The position numbers were made by a program, and so were the translations under genes. A stretch of 63,483 nt of DNA, the filler included, from Lenisia limosa (lineage: Eukaryota > Protista > Breviatea), in assembly GCA_001655205.1 (NCBI GenBank). It is 10 parts of 10 records of this genome, joined end to end, with 100 filler letters (N's around TTAATTAATTAA, not from the genome) between each part and the next. Parts side by side here need not be neighbours in the genome. Positions count along the whole stretch, not along the records: positions 26,121 to 27,406 come from LPNZ01009535.1; positions 27,507 to 29,186 come from LPNZ01004839.1; positions 29,287 to 33,094 come from LPNZ01001257.1; positions 33,195 to 34,591 come from LPNZ01009570.1; positions 34,692 to 39,360 come from LPNZ01005154.1; 5 more parts are not named here. One strand, given 5' to 3'. Every line of letters starts with the position of its first letter. Position 1 is the stretch's first letter. This document shows positions 26,180 to 38,946 of the stretch, one piece after another. Below the pieces are notes generated by a model that had not been told where the DNA came from, did not search any database, and was given only the letters and a program-made list of their open reading frames with translations.

Positions 26180-26626
26180 AGTGGCCGAGCTCGTGATCCA
26201 AAAGCTCGCCCTCACTACCAAGCTCGGCGAGGGAATGAACATCATCGGAAAATGGCGAGACATTGCCGAGAAGGTCGACACCACTGAAGAGGTGGGAACT
26301 TGCCTTATTAAGCGGGACTTTTTTTTTTTTTTTTTTTTNNNNNNNNNNNNNNNNNNNNNNNNNNNNNNNNNNNNNNNNNNNNNNNNNNNNNNNNNNNNNN
26401 NNNNNNNNNNNNNNNNNNNNNNNNNNNNNNNNNNNNNNNNNNNNNNNNNNNNNNNNNTAGCAGGATAGTTTAGTTTGACTTACCATATTAGGCATGACAG
26501 CTCTTTGACTTACCATATCAGGAAGTTGTCATCGGAATTGTCGGCAAATACTGTGGCCTTGCTGACGCGTATCGCTCAGTTCTTGCATCCCTCTCTCATG
26601 CAGCCATTTCCCTGGATAGAAAAACT
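26180..26626 (+). CDS. CTPS: CTP synthase, two internal exons (linker and start of the glutaminase domain); remainder in gaps or missing
   Basis: ..[52 protein letters not shown] matches the CTPS IxxVGKYxxLxDAYxSVxxALxHA motif. Confidence 0.85.
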
Positions 26627-27121
26627 GTGGGAGGAGGGTGTAATCTTTGAAATTGGTGATGTAAATAGTGTTTGCTTTGTTTCTCTCTTTTGTTTCCCAA
26701 TTCAAAAAGAGTATTTCACCCTCTCCTCCTTTACGCCAATATTCTTAATCGAAATTTCCGTTGTTTTGCCCCCACCCGGCAACTGGTACTGGGTTATATT
26801 ATTCATTTCACCCTCCTACCAACAGAGTTGATTTTGAGTTTTTATGTTTTCCCCATAAATTTCCAATTTTACCCCCCCCCCCCTGGCTGGGGTATTTATT
26901 NNNNNNNNNNNNNNNNNNNNNNNNNNNNNNNNNNNNNNNNNNNNNNNNNNNNNNNNNNNNNNNNNNNNNNNNNNNNNNNNNNNNNNTTGTATTCCTTGCT
27001 CATATTTGCTCGTGATAGGTTTTTTATTAAGGTAGTTCAGTCGCGGTTCTGAAATGCAAAATAACTCAATATAGATAATAAACAATACTTCAATATACGC
27101 ATACATGTCTGAGGATATACC

Positions 27122-29100
27122 AGATGGTGGAGAAGGGGCAATTCAGGAAGGGCTGGGATTGTGGATGCAGGGAGATCAGGAATAGGTGCGGATGCATTCC
27201 TTCGACCACGCACTTCTAGCTTCACTGGATATGTAGCCGCGGCGAGCAACAATCGCATCCCTGGTTAATTGTTGGGAGTAAATGCTCTCCACTCGTAAAA
27301 CAACGACTGAGCTATCTTAATTGTTGTTGTTTTTATTATTATTTTTTTGTTGTGTTTTGATGTTTGTAGTACCCAGTCATTTCCCCCACTCCCCAAATTT
27401 TTTTTTNNNNNNNNNNNNNNNNNNNNNNNNNNNNNNNNNNNNNNNNNNNNTTAATTAATTAANNNNNNNNNNNNNNNNNNNNNNNNNNNNNNNNNNNNNN
27501 NNNNNNTCATTTTACCCCCATATACCTCATGAATAAGAGCCGAGTCCACGGCCAGGGCCTCCAGTTCAATGTCACGCACAACCCAGTCCGGGGGCGGCAC
27601 GGCCTCTTTCTGTGCCTGGGGTGGGGGTGAAATCGAAATAGAGTGAAAGTAGTTATAATATATCATACTATCATAGCTATATGTAGTAGTATGAAATAAA
27701 TAGAGATGATATATTATATGAAAAAAAACAAGATTGTATGCAATACAAATAAGGGAAAAAATGTGAATAAACAAGGTTACCTGCAGTTCGCCAGAAACGC
27801 TGACTTGCTGACGAATCTTGCGCCACATCGACGCCAAACTCAGCCACGTCACGCCATCTCCAACATGGCCGTTATTTCCGAGACACGTACCGGCCTCGTC
27901 CGCGGCCGCAGCGGCAAGGTCAAAATTGAGGGTTCCCGGGTCGTGGATGAGAGAAATTGCGGCCCGGGAGGCGGCAATGCTGCTTAGGCCTNNNNNNNNN
28001 NNNNNNNNNNNNNNNNNNNNNNNNNNNNNNNNNNNNNNNNNNNNNNNNNNNNNNNNNNNNNNNNNNNNNNNNNNNNNNNNNNNNNNNNNNNNNNNNNNNN
28101 NNNNNNNNNNNNNNACAAACAACACTATTTTTCAATTAATCGAGAATTTTCCTATGGGGGGGAAGTAAAACCGGAAAATTTATGAAACAAAAGACAAAAT
28201 CAACTCTGTCGGCTGACAACATACGAGGGTTGATAACAACAAAGCCCAGGCTGAATATGGAAAATTTGACAAAATAATAACATGGGTGCAGATTAAGAAT
28301 ATAAGGCCTAATGGAAGAATATAGATTACTGGGATGGGGGAAAAGGGTTGGAATAAAACTAATNNNNNNNNNNNNNNNNNNNNNNNNNNNNNNNNNNNNN
28401 NNNNNNNNNNNNNNNNNNNNNNNNNNNNNNNNNNNNNNNNNNNNNNNNNNNNNNNNNNNNNNNNNNNNNNNNNNNNNNNNNNNNNNNNNNNNNNNNNNNN
28501 NNNNNNNNNNNNNNNNNNNNNNNNNNNNNNNNNNNNNNNNNNNNNNNNNNNNNNNNNNNNNNNNNNNNNNNNNNNNNNNNNNNNNNNNNNNNNNNNNNNN
28601 NNNNNNNNNNNNNACCTGGGTTGGCCATCTGGGTTATGCCGAGAAGACCAGCCATCACAGTCCAGGCCAGGCCACTCTGCCAAGCCGGGCATGGGACCAG
28701 GAGGGAAGACCAGAGGGAGAGGGCTGCTGTGAGAGATCCGGCCGCTGGGGGGTGGGGGGTGAGGAGTAAAATTGGAAAATTTTTGAAACAAAAATAAAAA
28801 AAAACTCAAATCAGGTAAAAAGAAGGTAATTTCGACGAAGAATATTGGCGTAAAGGTACCATTCACGAACCGAATAACCTGAAACTCCAACGAACAATAT
28901 TTAAAAAAAACAACAAACACAATCAACCAACGTGTAACGGTATTATTTACTTGTCTTCAAAATAGTTTATCCCTTGATTAAATTCGCATTTTCTGCTTTA
29001 AACCGCGAACCGGTGTGGGGGGAGGCGCGGGGTGGGGGATTTGGCAGTTTCAGCACCTTGTGGATGGAGACTGCATGTTGAAGGAGGGAACTGGAGAGTG
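27122..29100 (-). CDS. Unidentified spliced gene (partial)
   Basis: GC-richer segments bounded by AG/GT: SLLQHAVSIHKVLK, GSLTAALSLWSSLLVP..GLLGITQMANP, SMWRKIRQQVSVSGELQ|AQKEAVPPPDWVVRDIELEALAVDSALIHE, ..PALPELPLLHHL. The span includes a linker at 27451. Confidence 0.5.
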
Positions 29101-29230
29101 AAATGTAAGTTAAAAACAAATATGTATTTGTTTCCTTAGGTTTCTAATGTCCATATTTCTCTTTTTTTTTAATAACAAACACAAGANNNNNNNNNNNNNN
29201 NNNNNNNNNNNNNNNNNNNNNNNNNNNNNN

Positions 29231-29242
29231 TTAATTAATTAA
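29231..29242. other. Artificial contig linker TTAATTAATTAA inside N runs (representative of nine)
   Basis: Identical 12-mer with stop codons in all six frames, flanked by N runs, at 26065, 27451, 29231, 33139, 34636, 39405, 52346, 58780 and 60533. Confidence 0.97.
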
Positions 29243-30106
29243 NNNNNNNNNNNNNNNNNNNNNNNNNNNNNNNNNNNNNNNNNNNNTGACCCCCACAACT
29301 TGACAACCTCAAGACATTGCACCCTTGCACCACCCAACCAACCAACCAATTCCACTTCCACACTTCTCTCTTAATTGCCTCCCAATACCACTCTTCTACT
29401 CATTTCAGACTTTAGCCGGAGTTTCAGACTCAGAATCCCAACAGCATCCACTTTTATTAGCATTACACAAAAACCTTCTGGATAAGGACAAAGACAGATG
29501 GAACAAGCATTTTCTCTTTGGTAGGTTGTATATATGGTATCGTTAATACAATCAAAGGCATTTCTGTGATATGAGATTACATGTTGACCCATCCACTAGT
29601 ATCACATGAGTGGATATGCGGCATCATATAGTTCACACGTGTGATAATGTCCCTAAAAGTACATGAATTCTGTTAGTATTATCTTGTAAACAGTGATAAA
29701 GTGATAGCGTCGATTTCTGAGTGACTATTTTTCAGCTAACTTTTCTCATAATTTTCCCCCCCTAAATTCATTTCTCAGGTTTATTTGTTGATTAATATGT
29801 AGCAAAATGAGAAAAGTAAATGAGTAATGTTAATTCATAGTAATGCTAAAGAGAAAAGTGATAACAATACTCAAAACAGAATTTTTTGTACTCCACAAGT
29901 ACTCAGATGAAATTGCTTTAGGAAATTATTTGACACAATTACAAAAAAAGTCAGATTGAAAATAAATGTTTCTCAAAAGCAATTCTCGTCCCACTTCACA
30001 TTTTGAAATGAATTGCTCAATTAATTGCACTATCCTAAGAATATCTAAAACAAGCAAATTATGTTCTATAATAATAATTCCTGCTACCATTCCTTATTGT
30101 TCACAG

Positions 30107-30360
30107 GGACCTTGTTGACCAAATATCCATTGAATTGGATTCCTTACGAAGAAGAGAGGGAAAGGATACGGCTTACATTGCAACATACTCCTCTCGATTG
30201 AGAAAGCTTTTAAAGATGTATCAGCATGCAGTTGGCCTCTTCTCTTTTTGTTTTTTTATTGCTCTATAGGAATTGAATGAGCAAGTGTTACAAAAAACAC
30301 ATGATGCTCTTCTTGCAGAAAGAGATTTGTATTTAAAACGATTAGAAGCGATTGCCACAG
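30107..30360 (+). CDS. Coiled-coil exons ending in an EB1-C-terminal-like motif
   Basis: DLVDQISIELDSLRRREG..|ELNEQVLQKTHDALLAERDLYLKRLEAI resembles the EB1 ERDFYFxKLRxIE motif. No upstream CH domain could be reconstructed. Confidence 0.35.
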
Positions 30361-31232
30361 GTTTGAGTTGACATCAATGTTAAGTCATCTTTTTCAAAAA
30401 ACTCAAGAATATGCCACTTTATTATTGACAACCATCTTAAAGCTATATTTCCATAGGGTTTTAAAAAGTAATTTTATTAGATGTATTTAAACCAGTTCTG
30501 GTTGTTTTTACTCTGCCTAAATATTTCTTATATTTATTCTCCATTCGTAGTGTATTTCTTATAAATAATCGTCAACACTCTCACACTTTTAAGGATATTG
30601 ATAAGGGTCGTCATCAAATATTACATTTTCTTTTTGGTGATTCTGGGTTTTTCTTATTTTTATTATACATGCATACACAATGTATCCCATCAGAAATACC
30701 ATTAACAACAAATAGACCCAGAAATTGATTCATCACAAAACATTTTTTGAGGTTCTGATGTTGTTACTTTGACCAAAATTTGTTCTGTTTTTCTCGACTT
30801 AAATTACAATAACCAGAATTTTCATTGATCACCACTGACAATTATTTGATAACTGTTTCCAATACTCTGCCTTCCAAACTCCATGCATATGACATCTCCA
30901 GATAACGATATGATAATGTTATTATATGCTTTAACTCAACATTGTTGGGATTGTATCAAAGAGTTTGACCTTTTTTTTTTACATTTTTGCTTTATGTTCG
31001 ATAAAAAGACAATTTGCCGCCTTGCTATTAATGCAAATAATAATATGAAAATTCAATTCATATTAATTCACCAAATCATTTGCCTCACAACTCTGATCAT
31101 GCACACAGCTTTCTGTGTGTCTCCCCAGCAATTTATGTTATAGTTGGAGATGGAATCGGCTGGCCATCACCAGCTTCCCAAGCAGTTCAAGTGAGATCCA
31201 TTTAATGATTTAACAAAAGTAGAAGGTCATAT

Positions 31233-33060
31233 TTAGCTGACACGTTTTAAAGAAGACTTCCATTCGTTCACTGTTTTCAAGAGCTTGTCTTCGAATTTAG
31301 TGATATCTTCTGTTGTAAGACCAATTGAAGCTGCACAAGTCAAGTACTAAAAAAAAAAGTAAGATAAAAGTAGTCGTACTGGTACATTTGGGTAACAACC
31401 ATTGTTCATATGACTGCCAAAACCCGTTGGTTTCCAATCATAAATAGTTGTTGTTGATGAAGAACCAACCACTACCCTATTTTATTAGTGTTTGAAAATG
31501 GATAATTTATCATATCATATGATATGTATAGTGTACAATTACTAACCTAGTGCCAGAAATGCCTCTTTGAAATAACATCGAACCAAGTTGAGTATAATCT
31601 GACTCTTTATCAGTACTGCAACTCAAAGACATTGCTCTATTATGAGATACCAATTACCTAAAGAAATTGGGTTATTTGGGGTCTTCAAAACGCGTTCATC
31701 ACATTGTTGAGCCACCCTCTCCAACACCTTCCGTAATTGACAATGATTATCCTTTTGCTGGTCCCTCAGTGAAAGGTATTGTTGTGTTCCCATAGCTAGT
31801 AGTGTTAATACTAAATCGAGGAGTGGAGACATTGATGCACGACCTGTGGGTTAGTCATCGCAATCTTGTTTTACCTGGATAAATTTTTGACACGTTAGAA
31901 ACTATCGCTCTCTGGGATGACGAAACTATTGAACCTCCCACAGGAACAAGAAAATTCTGAACCATTACATCAACTGATTATTACCTTGTCTGTTGACTGA
32001 ACAAATGCATCGACTCTTCCTTTGATAGTTGCCTTGATATTACCCAAAAAAAGTCACAAACTTCTTGGATGAGTGACGATATTCGTTTGCTTTGAATTCC
32101 ATAAGCATTGTTAATAATATGGTGGACGTTCTTTTCTTTACAGAGTTCTGCAACCTCAACAACTCTAGACAATTAATGATACGACGTGTTGCCAACCTAT
32201 CAACTGCTCTCGGGGCAAAGCAAGACGAAGTGGAAATCACTGCGCATACAGTGTCATCTGGCAGTTAATCTAACAAAGAATATGACTCACCTATCATAGA
32301 TTTTAAGGAATTGATATCTGTTCGAATTTCATCATTGTCAAAAACATTTTCTACAACAACAAGTTCCATTCCTTAAATATTAAGATATATGACTCCAAAC
32401 CGAAAGTTGTAATACTTTTTGGGATACTCTTTTGATCACATCGAATCCACAGTATTCTATTTCGTCCTGTGCTTAACTATAGTATCATTATTGGATTATG
32501 TACTCCTACCCTGATTGATGAAAGCACAAGACCCACTGCCATTCCTGTGGCAACAGGAAGAACAACCGATGCTCTAAAAGGTCACTCATATAAAGTCCCA
32601 CTTTGAAGACGGGATTCCACATTGCTTTATCAAGTTATTGATTGCTGAATTTCCAACCTGGACCAAGACTGATGATCCTGCAGCCTAATACATAAGTAGT
32701 CATAATATACAACTTTTGGCTGAACTGCAGTGACATCGCCTGATCTTCCAACTCCGTGGGCTAAATGAAAGTGACGCTCAGAAACCAATGAGCTGAAAAC
32801 ACGTCCTTCCCGCTCCCCAAAACCAACTGAGCCTAGTGTAAACAAAAAAAGAGATCACTTTGAAAATTATTGCTGTCCATAGCGGAAAGTTCTTCCAAAA
32901 AGATTTTCATTGTTTGACCATCCCACCCTTTTTCAGGAAACTTCCTTTCACCCAAAAACTTGGTAAACTGATTTCTACGAGATTGTAAAGATTGACATCC
33001 TTGCTCAATATACGTTTGTGAAATTCCTTGGAAGGAAGCAAATGAATCTCGAGAAAACAT
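31233..33060 (-). CDS. SEPSECS: O-phosphoseryl-tRNA(Sec) selenium transferase, 14 exons, micro-introns
   Basis: ATG 33060 to TAA 31233. [123 protein letters not shown]. All 13 introns are GT-AG. Confidence 0.95.
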
Positions 33061-33763
33061 TGTTTGCAAATTAAAAAATAATTAAATAAATGCTNNNNNN
33101 NNNNNNNNNNNNNNNNNNNNNNNNNNNNNNNNNNNNNNTTAATTAATTAANNNNNNNNNNNNNNNNNNNNNNNNNNNNNNNNNNNNNNNNNNNNTACCCC
33201 CCCCCCCTCATTATAATAATGACAGGGACCAAAAATAACCAAGAAAAAAAAAATCGAGATTTATCGAAAAATCTCGTCAGTTTTGGGACGCACAATATAT
33301 TATGTGTGAAACAGGGATAAGTCTTGACCGATTTTCCTTTATGAAATCACATAGCAAATCAGTCAAGACTATATTACACACATAATATATCGATATATAC
33401 TATACAGCATATTATATCATATATAACTGCATTTATATACCTCCCCCCCCCGCACCTTTTCGGGGACTCGTCGCCCTTGAAGGTCATAACCGGCTGAGGG
33501 CTATTGATTTCTGCAGTGTCAGGACAGGGGGATTACTGAGCAAGAGAAAAAAAATATAAACATGAGAAATCTAGGGAAACAAAATGGGATTACCCTGTTT
33601 GTTAATTCGGATTTTTCCAAGGACATATGAGAGAAGTGGGAAGAGGAAGGAAAAATGGAAATATAGAAGGGGGGTGGGGAAAAATAGAAAATTTATATAA
33701 GGAAAAAAAAAAAGAAGAAGAAACCCAAAAACAAATCTGTTTACTAGCAACACACAAGGGAAA

Positions 33764-33858
33764 CAACAAGAAGAATAATAACAACAACAACAACAAGAAG
33801 AAGAAGAAGAAGAAGAAGAAGAAGAAGAAGAAGAAGAAGAAGAAGAAGAAGAAGAAGA
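33764..33858. repeat. Compound (AAC)n/(AAG)n microsatellite
   Basis: Short AAC/AAT runs followed by a long uninterrupted AAG run. It produces the poly-K and poly-F ORFs in the track. Confidence 0.95.
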
Positions 33859-34476
33859 ACACCAGCAAGCAGAGGTATCAGCCCCTTAACCATGAGTGGG
33901 GCGAGTAGCGGTATGAGTGAGAAGATGGGCGCGATGGGCGGGAGCGGTGCCGGATAATTGCTGACTGGGACCGGATAATTGAGGAGTAATTTGACGGAGT
34001 TGACGGGTTGGGGAGGTGGAAGATAATCTGGAGGGTGACAAAACGTTTACAACAAATGAATAAATAATAAAAATATAATAGTGATAGTATAAACTAATAA
34101 TATTAATTCAACATATACAGCCCAAAAAAAAGGCTAAATGTCAATAATTAAATAAAAATTTTCGTACAATACAATTATATAATACATAAGAGATTAATCC
34201 TCGATAAATATCGATATTTTGACAATATATTTCGAACCGAAGTGAAGCCCTCATTATACCCCCCCCCCCAACNNNNNNNNNNNNNNNNNNNNNNNNNNNN
34301 NNNNNNNNNNNNNNNNNNNNNNNNNNNNNNNNNNNNNNNNNNNNNNNNNNNNNNNNNNNNNNNNNNNNNNNNNNNNNNNNNNNNNNNNNNNNNNNGGGAA
34401 ATTATTTGTTAGTAAAATAGAAAATAAGGTCCCTCCTATCCCAAGCTCAAAAAGCTGGACCTCCATCCCATATGAT

Positions 34477-34578
34477 TAGGGCTTTACTTCGGTTCGAAAA
34501 AGATCGGTAACATATCGGTAGTTTTCGAGGATTTATCGAGAAATTCAGTCTGTTTTCACGAAACAAAGTGAAGCCCTA
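34477..34578. mobile_element. hAT-like MITE, family A
   Basis: TAGGGCTTTACTTCGGTTCG...AAAGTGAAGCCCTA with TSD CATATGAT/CATTTGAT (7/8). Confidence 0.85.
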
Positions 34579-35441
34579 CATTTGATCTATANNNNNNNNN
34601 NNNNNNNNNNNNNNNNNNNNNNNNNNNNNNNNNNNTTAATTAATTAANNNNNNNNNNNNNNNNNNNNNNNNNNNNNNNNNNNNNNNNNNNNTCCCCTTCG
34701 GAAGTCCTCTGGAGTGAGACGACCCGCCACCGCCGTGGATGCCAGGTATGGGAGGTATTTTGTGGTACTCTGTTTACCGTTGTCATAGTATCAAATAATG
34801 AGGGCTTCCCTGCGGTCCGAAAAAGACCGTCAAAGCATCGACATTTATTGAGAATTTTTCGGTGATTCGCGTAGGGAAGCCACACATATAATACTGATAC
34901 ATTGAATGATGGAACACCCCATGTACCCACATCTGTACTTTCGATACTTTTTGTGTTTTGTTTTATTTTCATAAATTTTCAAATTTTGCTCCACATAATT
35001 AGCCCCTTCTTCCAAATATTTTCCCTAGTAATTTGCTCAGACAACCACGTGACGGTCCATTCGGCGCTATGGACCACAAACCTGAACGTTGGTGATGAGT
35101 GACTTAAATTTCCTTCATTTTACTTGTGTTATCAGCCAACAGTTGATTTGGACTTTTTTTTTTTTTTCATTAATTTTCCAATTTCACTCCCCACAGCCCC
35201 CCCATCTATCCGTCAGGGAGGGGCAAGGCAAGGCGGGCGCCTAGTGTTGGGCGGAACGGTGCTGCATGATGAGCCGCCGCAGCTGNNNNNNNNNNNNNNN
35301 NNNNNNNNNNNNNNNNNNNNNNNNGGACAATTTGATGTTTTTTTTGTTTTTTTTTTGGGGGGTGGGGGGTATAGACTTTCCCTGCTTGGCAAGTGAAAAT
35401 AACGGTGAAATTTTGACTATTTTGTGCCTATTTCCCTCGAC

Positions 35442-35528
35442 TAGGGCTTCACTTCGGTTGGTAAAAAGACTGAATTTTTCGATAAATCCTCGAAAACTAT
35501 CGATATTTTTCGAACCAAAGTGACCTTA
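35442..35528. mobile_element. hAT-like MITE, family A (degenerate right end)
   Basis: TAGGGCTTCACTTCGGTTGG, internal TCGATAAATCCTCGAAAACTATCGAT, right end CGAACCAAAGTGACCTTA. Confidence 0.75.
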
Positions 35529-36136
35529 ACTAATATTTAAAAAAACACTGTGATATTCTTGAGAAATGTTCTAATTCATGACAGCTCACTGTTTTGTAAT
35601 TTGCCCCACAGCTTATCTATGTTTTTTTTTTCCTCCTAAAATCCTCTAATAATACATTCCAGCTTATCTTGAGTGACTATTTCCCTCACACCCTCCCAAA
35701 ATCTAGACATTGCTAATATATGTTTAAACTATACATTCCAGCTCATCTGTTTAGTGCGGGGATGGGACGGTTTTCAAAGGTCGAACATATGATGAAAGCT
35801 AGTGTCAGGTTTGAGGGGGGTTACGCGTAGCTTGTGGAGTTCTTGGCAGGCAGCTGGCGGTCGGAAACTATTTCAACACAAAAATTCGACGACTTTTCTT
35901 CATAAATCCCCCAAAATCAGTTCAATTAGCTTCCTGTAACACCTTCTCCTGAAGCAAAGTCGTCGAACTTTTCCGGTTCCAACATTTCCAACCCCCTGCA
36001 GCCAAGTGTCAAAAGGGGGGGGTCACTTTAGTGGTGTGTTGGCTGTTTGAACACATGAGAAAACCTAGTGTCGTGCATGAGTTGGTTTTTAAGAAGAGAG
36101 ATAGTGACCGGGATAATGACCAGTGATATACATGTA

Positions 36137-36185
36137 CAGTGACCGGGATAAGTCTCGACCGATTTTCTTGGGAAATCACAGACTG
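36137..36185. mobile_element. Tc1/mariner-like MITE, family C (truncated)
   Basis: TA-CAGTGACCGGGATAAGTCTCGACCGATTTTC, the same left TIR as the copies at 50900 and 61898. Confidence 0.7.
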
Positions 36186-36572
36186 TATTGAACATAGGGT
36201 GTGGGCGCTTGATATTCACTAAAAAGAATACCAAAGTAGGGACTTGGGGGGATTTTGTGGGGATTTTGGGATTATTTTTTTTTTGTTTTTTGTTTTTGTT
36301 ATTTTCTAAAGCTATTTTCATCATTTTAGATTTTTTCCCGACTTCTAATTGGTGCTATTTTTGTTGTAATTTAGTTTATTTATATGGATGGGTGATTTAA
36401 GTTTTCCAAGAGCACCGTCGTCATCCAACTGTAATCCTCAACCTAGCGCCTCAATCATTTTATTGCGATAGTGACATTTCTACCTGCTCTCTCTGATTTT
36501 CATTGTTTTATGATGGTTGTTTGTTGTTTTTGGTGATACTTACTACGATCCCCTTGCGTGAACATGGGATCC

Positions 36573-36660
36573 TAGGGCTTTACTTCGGTTCGACAAACAC
36601 TGGTGAAATATCGATAGTTTTCGAAGATTTATCGCGAAATTCAGTCTTTTCGACCCTCTT
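36573..36660. mobile_element. hAT-like MITE, family A (right end eroded)
   Basis: TAGGGCTTTACTTCGGTTCGAC plus internal ATCGATAGTTTTCGAAGATTTATCG. Confidence 0.7.
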
Positions 36661-38352
36661 GTATTATCACAGGAATCCTGTAGATTTGTATTCCCATGTA
36701 AAATATGAGAATTCCAACGGATTCACGAAACTTCCAAGTCGATGCACCGTAGTGTTAGACATAAATGACTGTGAGCTACTCAAGACTTACCGCCAACCTG
36801 AATTACATCAGCACTATTTCCTTCACATATTTTACCAAAGCGAACTTATATTATCATACATACGAACTTACCAAACTGTTTGAAAATCATCGCCGTTCGA
36901 GAAACGACCGTCAGTTAATTATCCTTTATATGGACTCTTTGGCCACTTCCTATTCCATATTTTGTTGCCTGATATAAATTCTTTGTTCAAAGTTCAGCTA
37001 TAGCAAGGATCACCGACTTTGGAGGTTCACAGCAGCAACCCATATCCACTAGTGATGAGATTATCCAACTATTGCAATTGAGACTTGTTCATCACTCCAG
37101 CGTACGAGACAAATGAATCATGTTCAATNNNNNNNNNNNNNNNNNNNNNNNNNNNNNNNNNNNNNNNNNNNNNNNNNNNNNNNNNNNNNNNNNNNNNNNN
37201 NNNNNNNNNNNNNNNNNNNNNNNNNNNNNNNNNNNNNNNNNNNNNNNNNNNNGTGAAACGAAAGGACTTGTTGGTCAATTATCGAAATCAACTTCAAAAT
37301 TGTGACAATCCAAAAATTGACATGATCCAAAAAGTGACAGATCCTGATACGGCGAAGCACGTGGCAAAAATGTGGACCCGGAGATACATAGAACATCAAA
37401 TAACAAAGAATGAAGACGATCCCTCATTAAAACCCCTTCCATTCTTGGGAGTCTGACATTTGAAGCAAAAGCGAAAAAATCAGATAGACCTAAGTGAATT
37501 AGTAGAGAAGGGGGGGGGGGGANNNNNNNNNNNNNNNNNNNNNNNNNNNNNNNNNNNNNNNNNNNNNNNNNNNNNNNNNNNNNNNNNNNNNNNNNNNNNN
37601 NNNNACACAAAGTCCAATTTCTGCAATGCATCCTATCACTCCAGCTTACAGGGGGGTAGTAAAATTGGAAAATTTATGAAACAAAAAACAAAAAACCCAA
37701 AATCAACTCTGTTGACTGACAACACACAAGAGTTGATAACAAAAAAACAAACAAATCCCAGGCCAGTTACTTCGTGAAACATAAACTAAAGATTGATTCA
37801 CAAAATGAGGTTTCGTTGATACTATTAGAGCGTAACACACTTACGCCATACAATTAGACGGCAATTTAAGATGGCGATGGGACGGATATACTCGGAAAAG
37901 GTGGACTTGCTAGACAGTCAAACATTGAGGGAGGAGGGCGCCAAGAAGCGGAAGCATGGTAATTTGTTAATAGGATCCCTGTTTTATTTGTTTTCCTAGA
38001 TTTTTAATGTAATTTTTTCTATGGTTTCAAAAAAACAAAAATAAACACTTCCTTCTTTCATTACACTCCCCCTTCTACGGCTTTGGAAATCCCATAAATT
38101 TCTTCAAATTTTCATCAAATTCCATGGGATTCCCATGTAAAATTTGGGTGTTCCAACGTTTTTACACGAATCCCACCTCTATGCGCCAGTGTATTTTTTT
38201 TTTTCCTCTCCATTCTTCCCCCTTCTCATTCCCTATTCAGGACGCTTCCCCCTTGACATATGGTCCTAATGTGTATTTGTTTCCCTTGTCTTGTATTCAA
38301 TACATATGATATTATTTAAAATAATAATAATAAAAACAAAATACCCCACATA

Positions 38353-38447
38353 TAGGGCTTCACTTCGGTTCGAAAACATATTTCTCGATAAATCCTCGAA
38401 AACTATCGACATTTTACCGGTCTTTCTCAGGCCGAAGTGAAGCCCTA
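38353..38447. mobile_element. hAT-like MITE, family A
   Basis: TIR pair TAGGGCTTCACTTCGG / CCGAAGTGAAGCCCTA. Flanks CCACATA/CCGCATA are near-identical. Confidence 0.85.
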
Positions 38448-38854
38448 CCGCATACCTGTCTTAGCAAGTATACTCGGTATCAAGTCAGGGTGGACTAAGT
38501 CGGCAGGATTGGTCTGTAGAGGCATCTGGGGGTTGTGAGTGCAATGATAAAGTGGTCAGCTGACAAGAAATCTTGGCTGGCCTCAAAGCCCCCATAATGA
38601 GATTCCAATTCGGGCTTTTTGTTTTGAACACTCTACTCCCCCAACTCAACGTTTTACCATCCCTCCCTAACTTCGAATATTTCCCATATTTTTTCATGAA
38701 ATTTCCTTCGTTTACCCCCCCCCCCCCNNNNNNNNNNNNNNNNNNNNNNNNNNNNNNNNNNNNNNNNNNNNTTCGGAATAACCTCCTGGCAAGAAAGCTG
38801 AGCGGGGGAAATGGCAAGCGGCTAAAAAGGTTAAGGGGGGGTGGATGCGTGAGA

Positions 38855-38946
38855 GAAATTGGAAAATTTATGAAACAAAAAGCCGGAATCAACTCTGTTG
38901 GCTGTCAACACACGAGGGTTGATAACAACAAAATAAAAAAGCCCAG
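38855..38946 (+). repeat. Dispersed repeat family D, representative copy
   Basis: AATTGGAAAATTTATGAAACAAAA..AATCAACTCTGTTGGCTGxCAACACACGAGGGTTGATAACAAC..GCCCAGG. Also at 28165-28250, 37660-37763, and reversed at 26815-26875 and 35125-35185. Confidence 0.8.

Noticed and set aside
33602-33908. Poly-F and poly-K ORFs
   Set aside because: They are translations of the AAG/AAC microsatellite.
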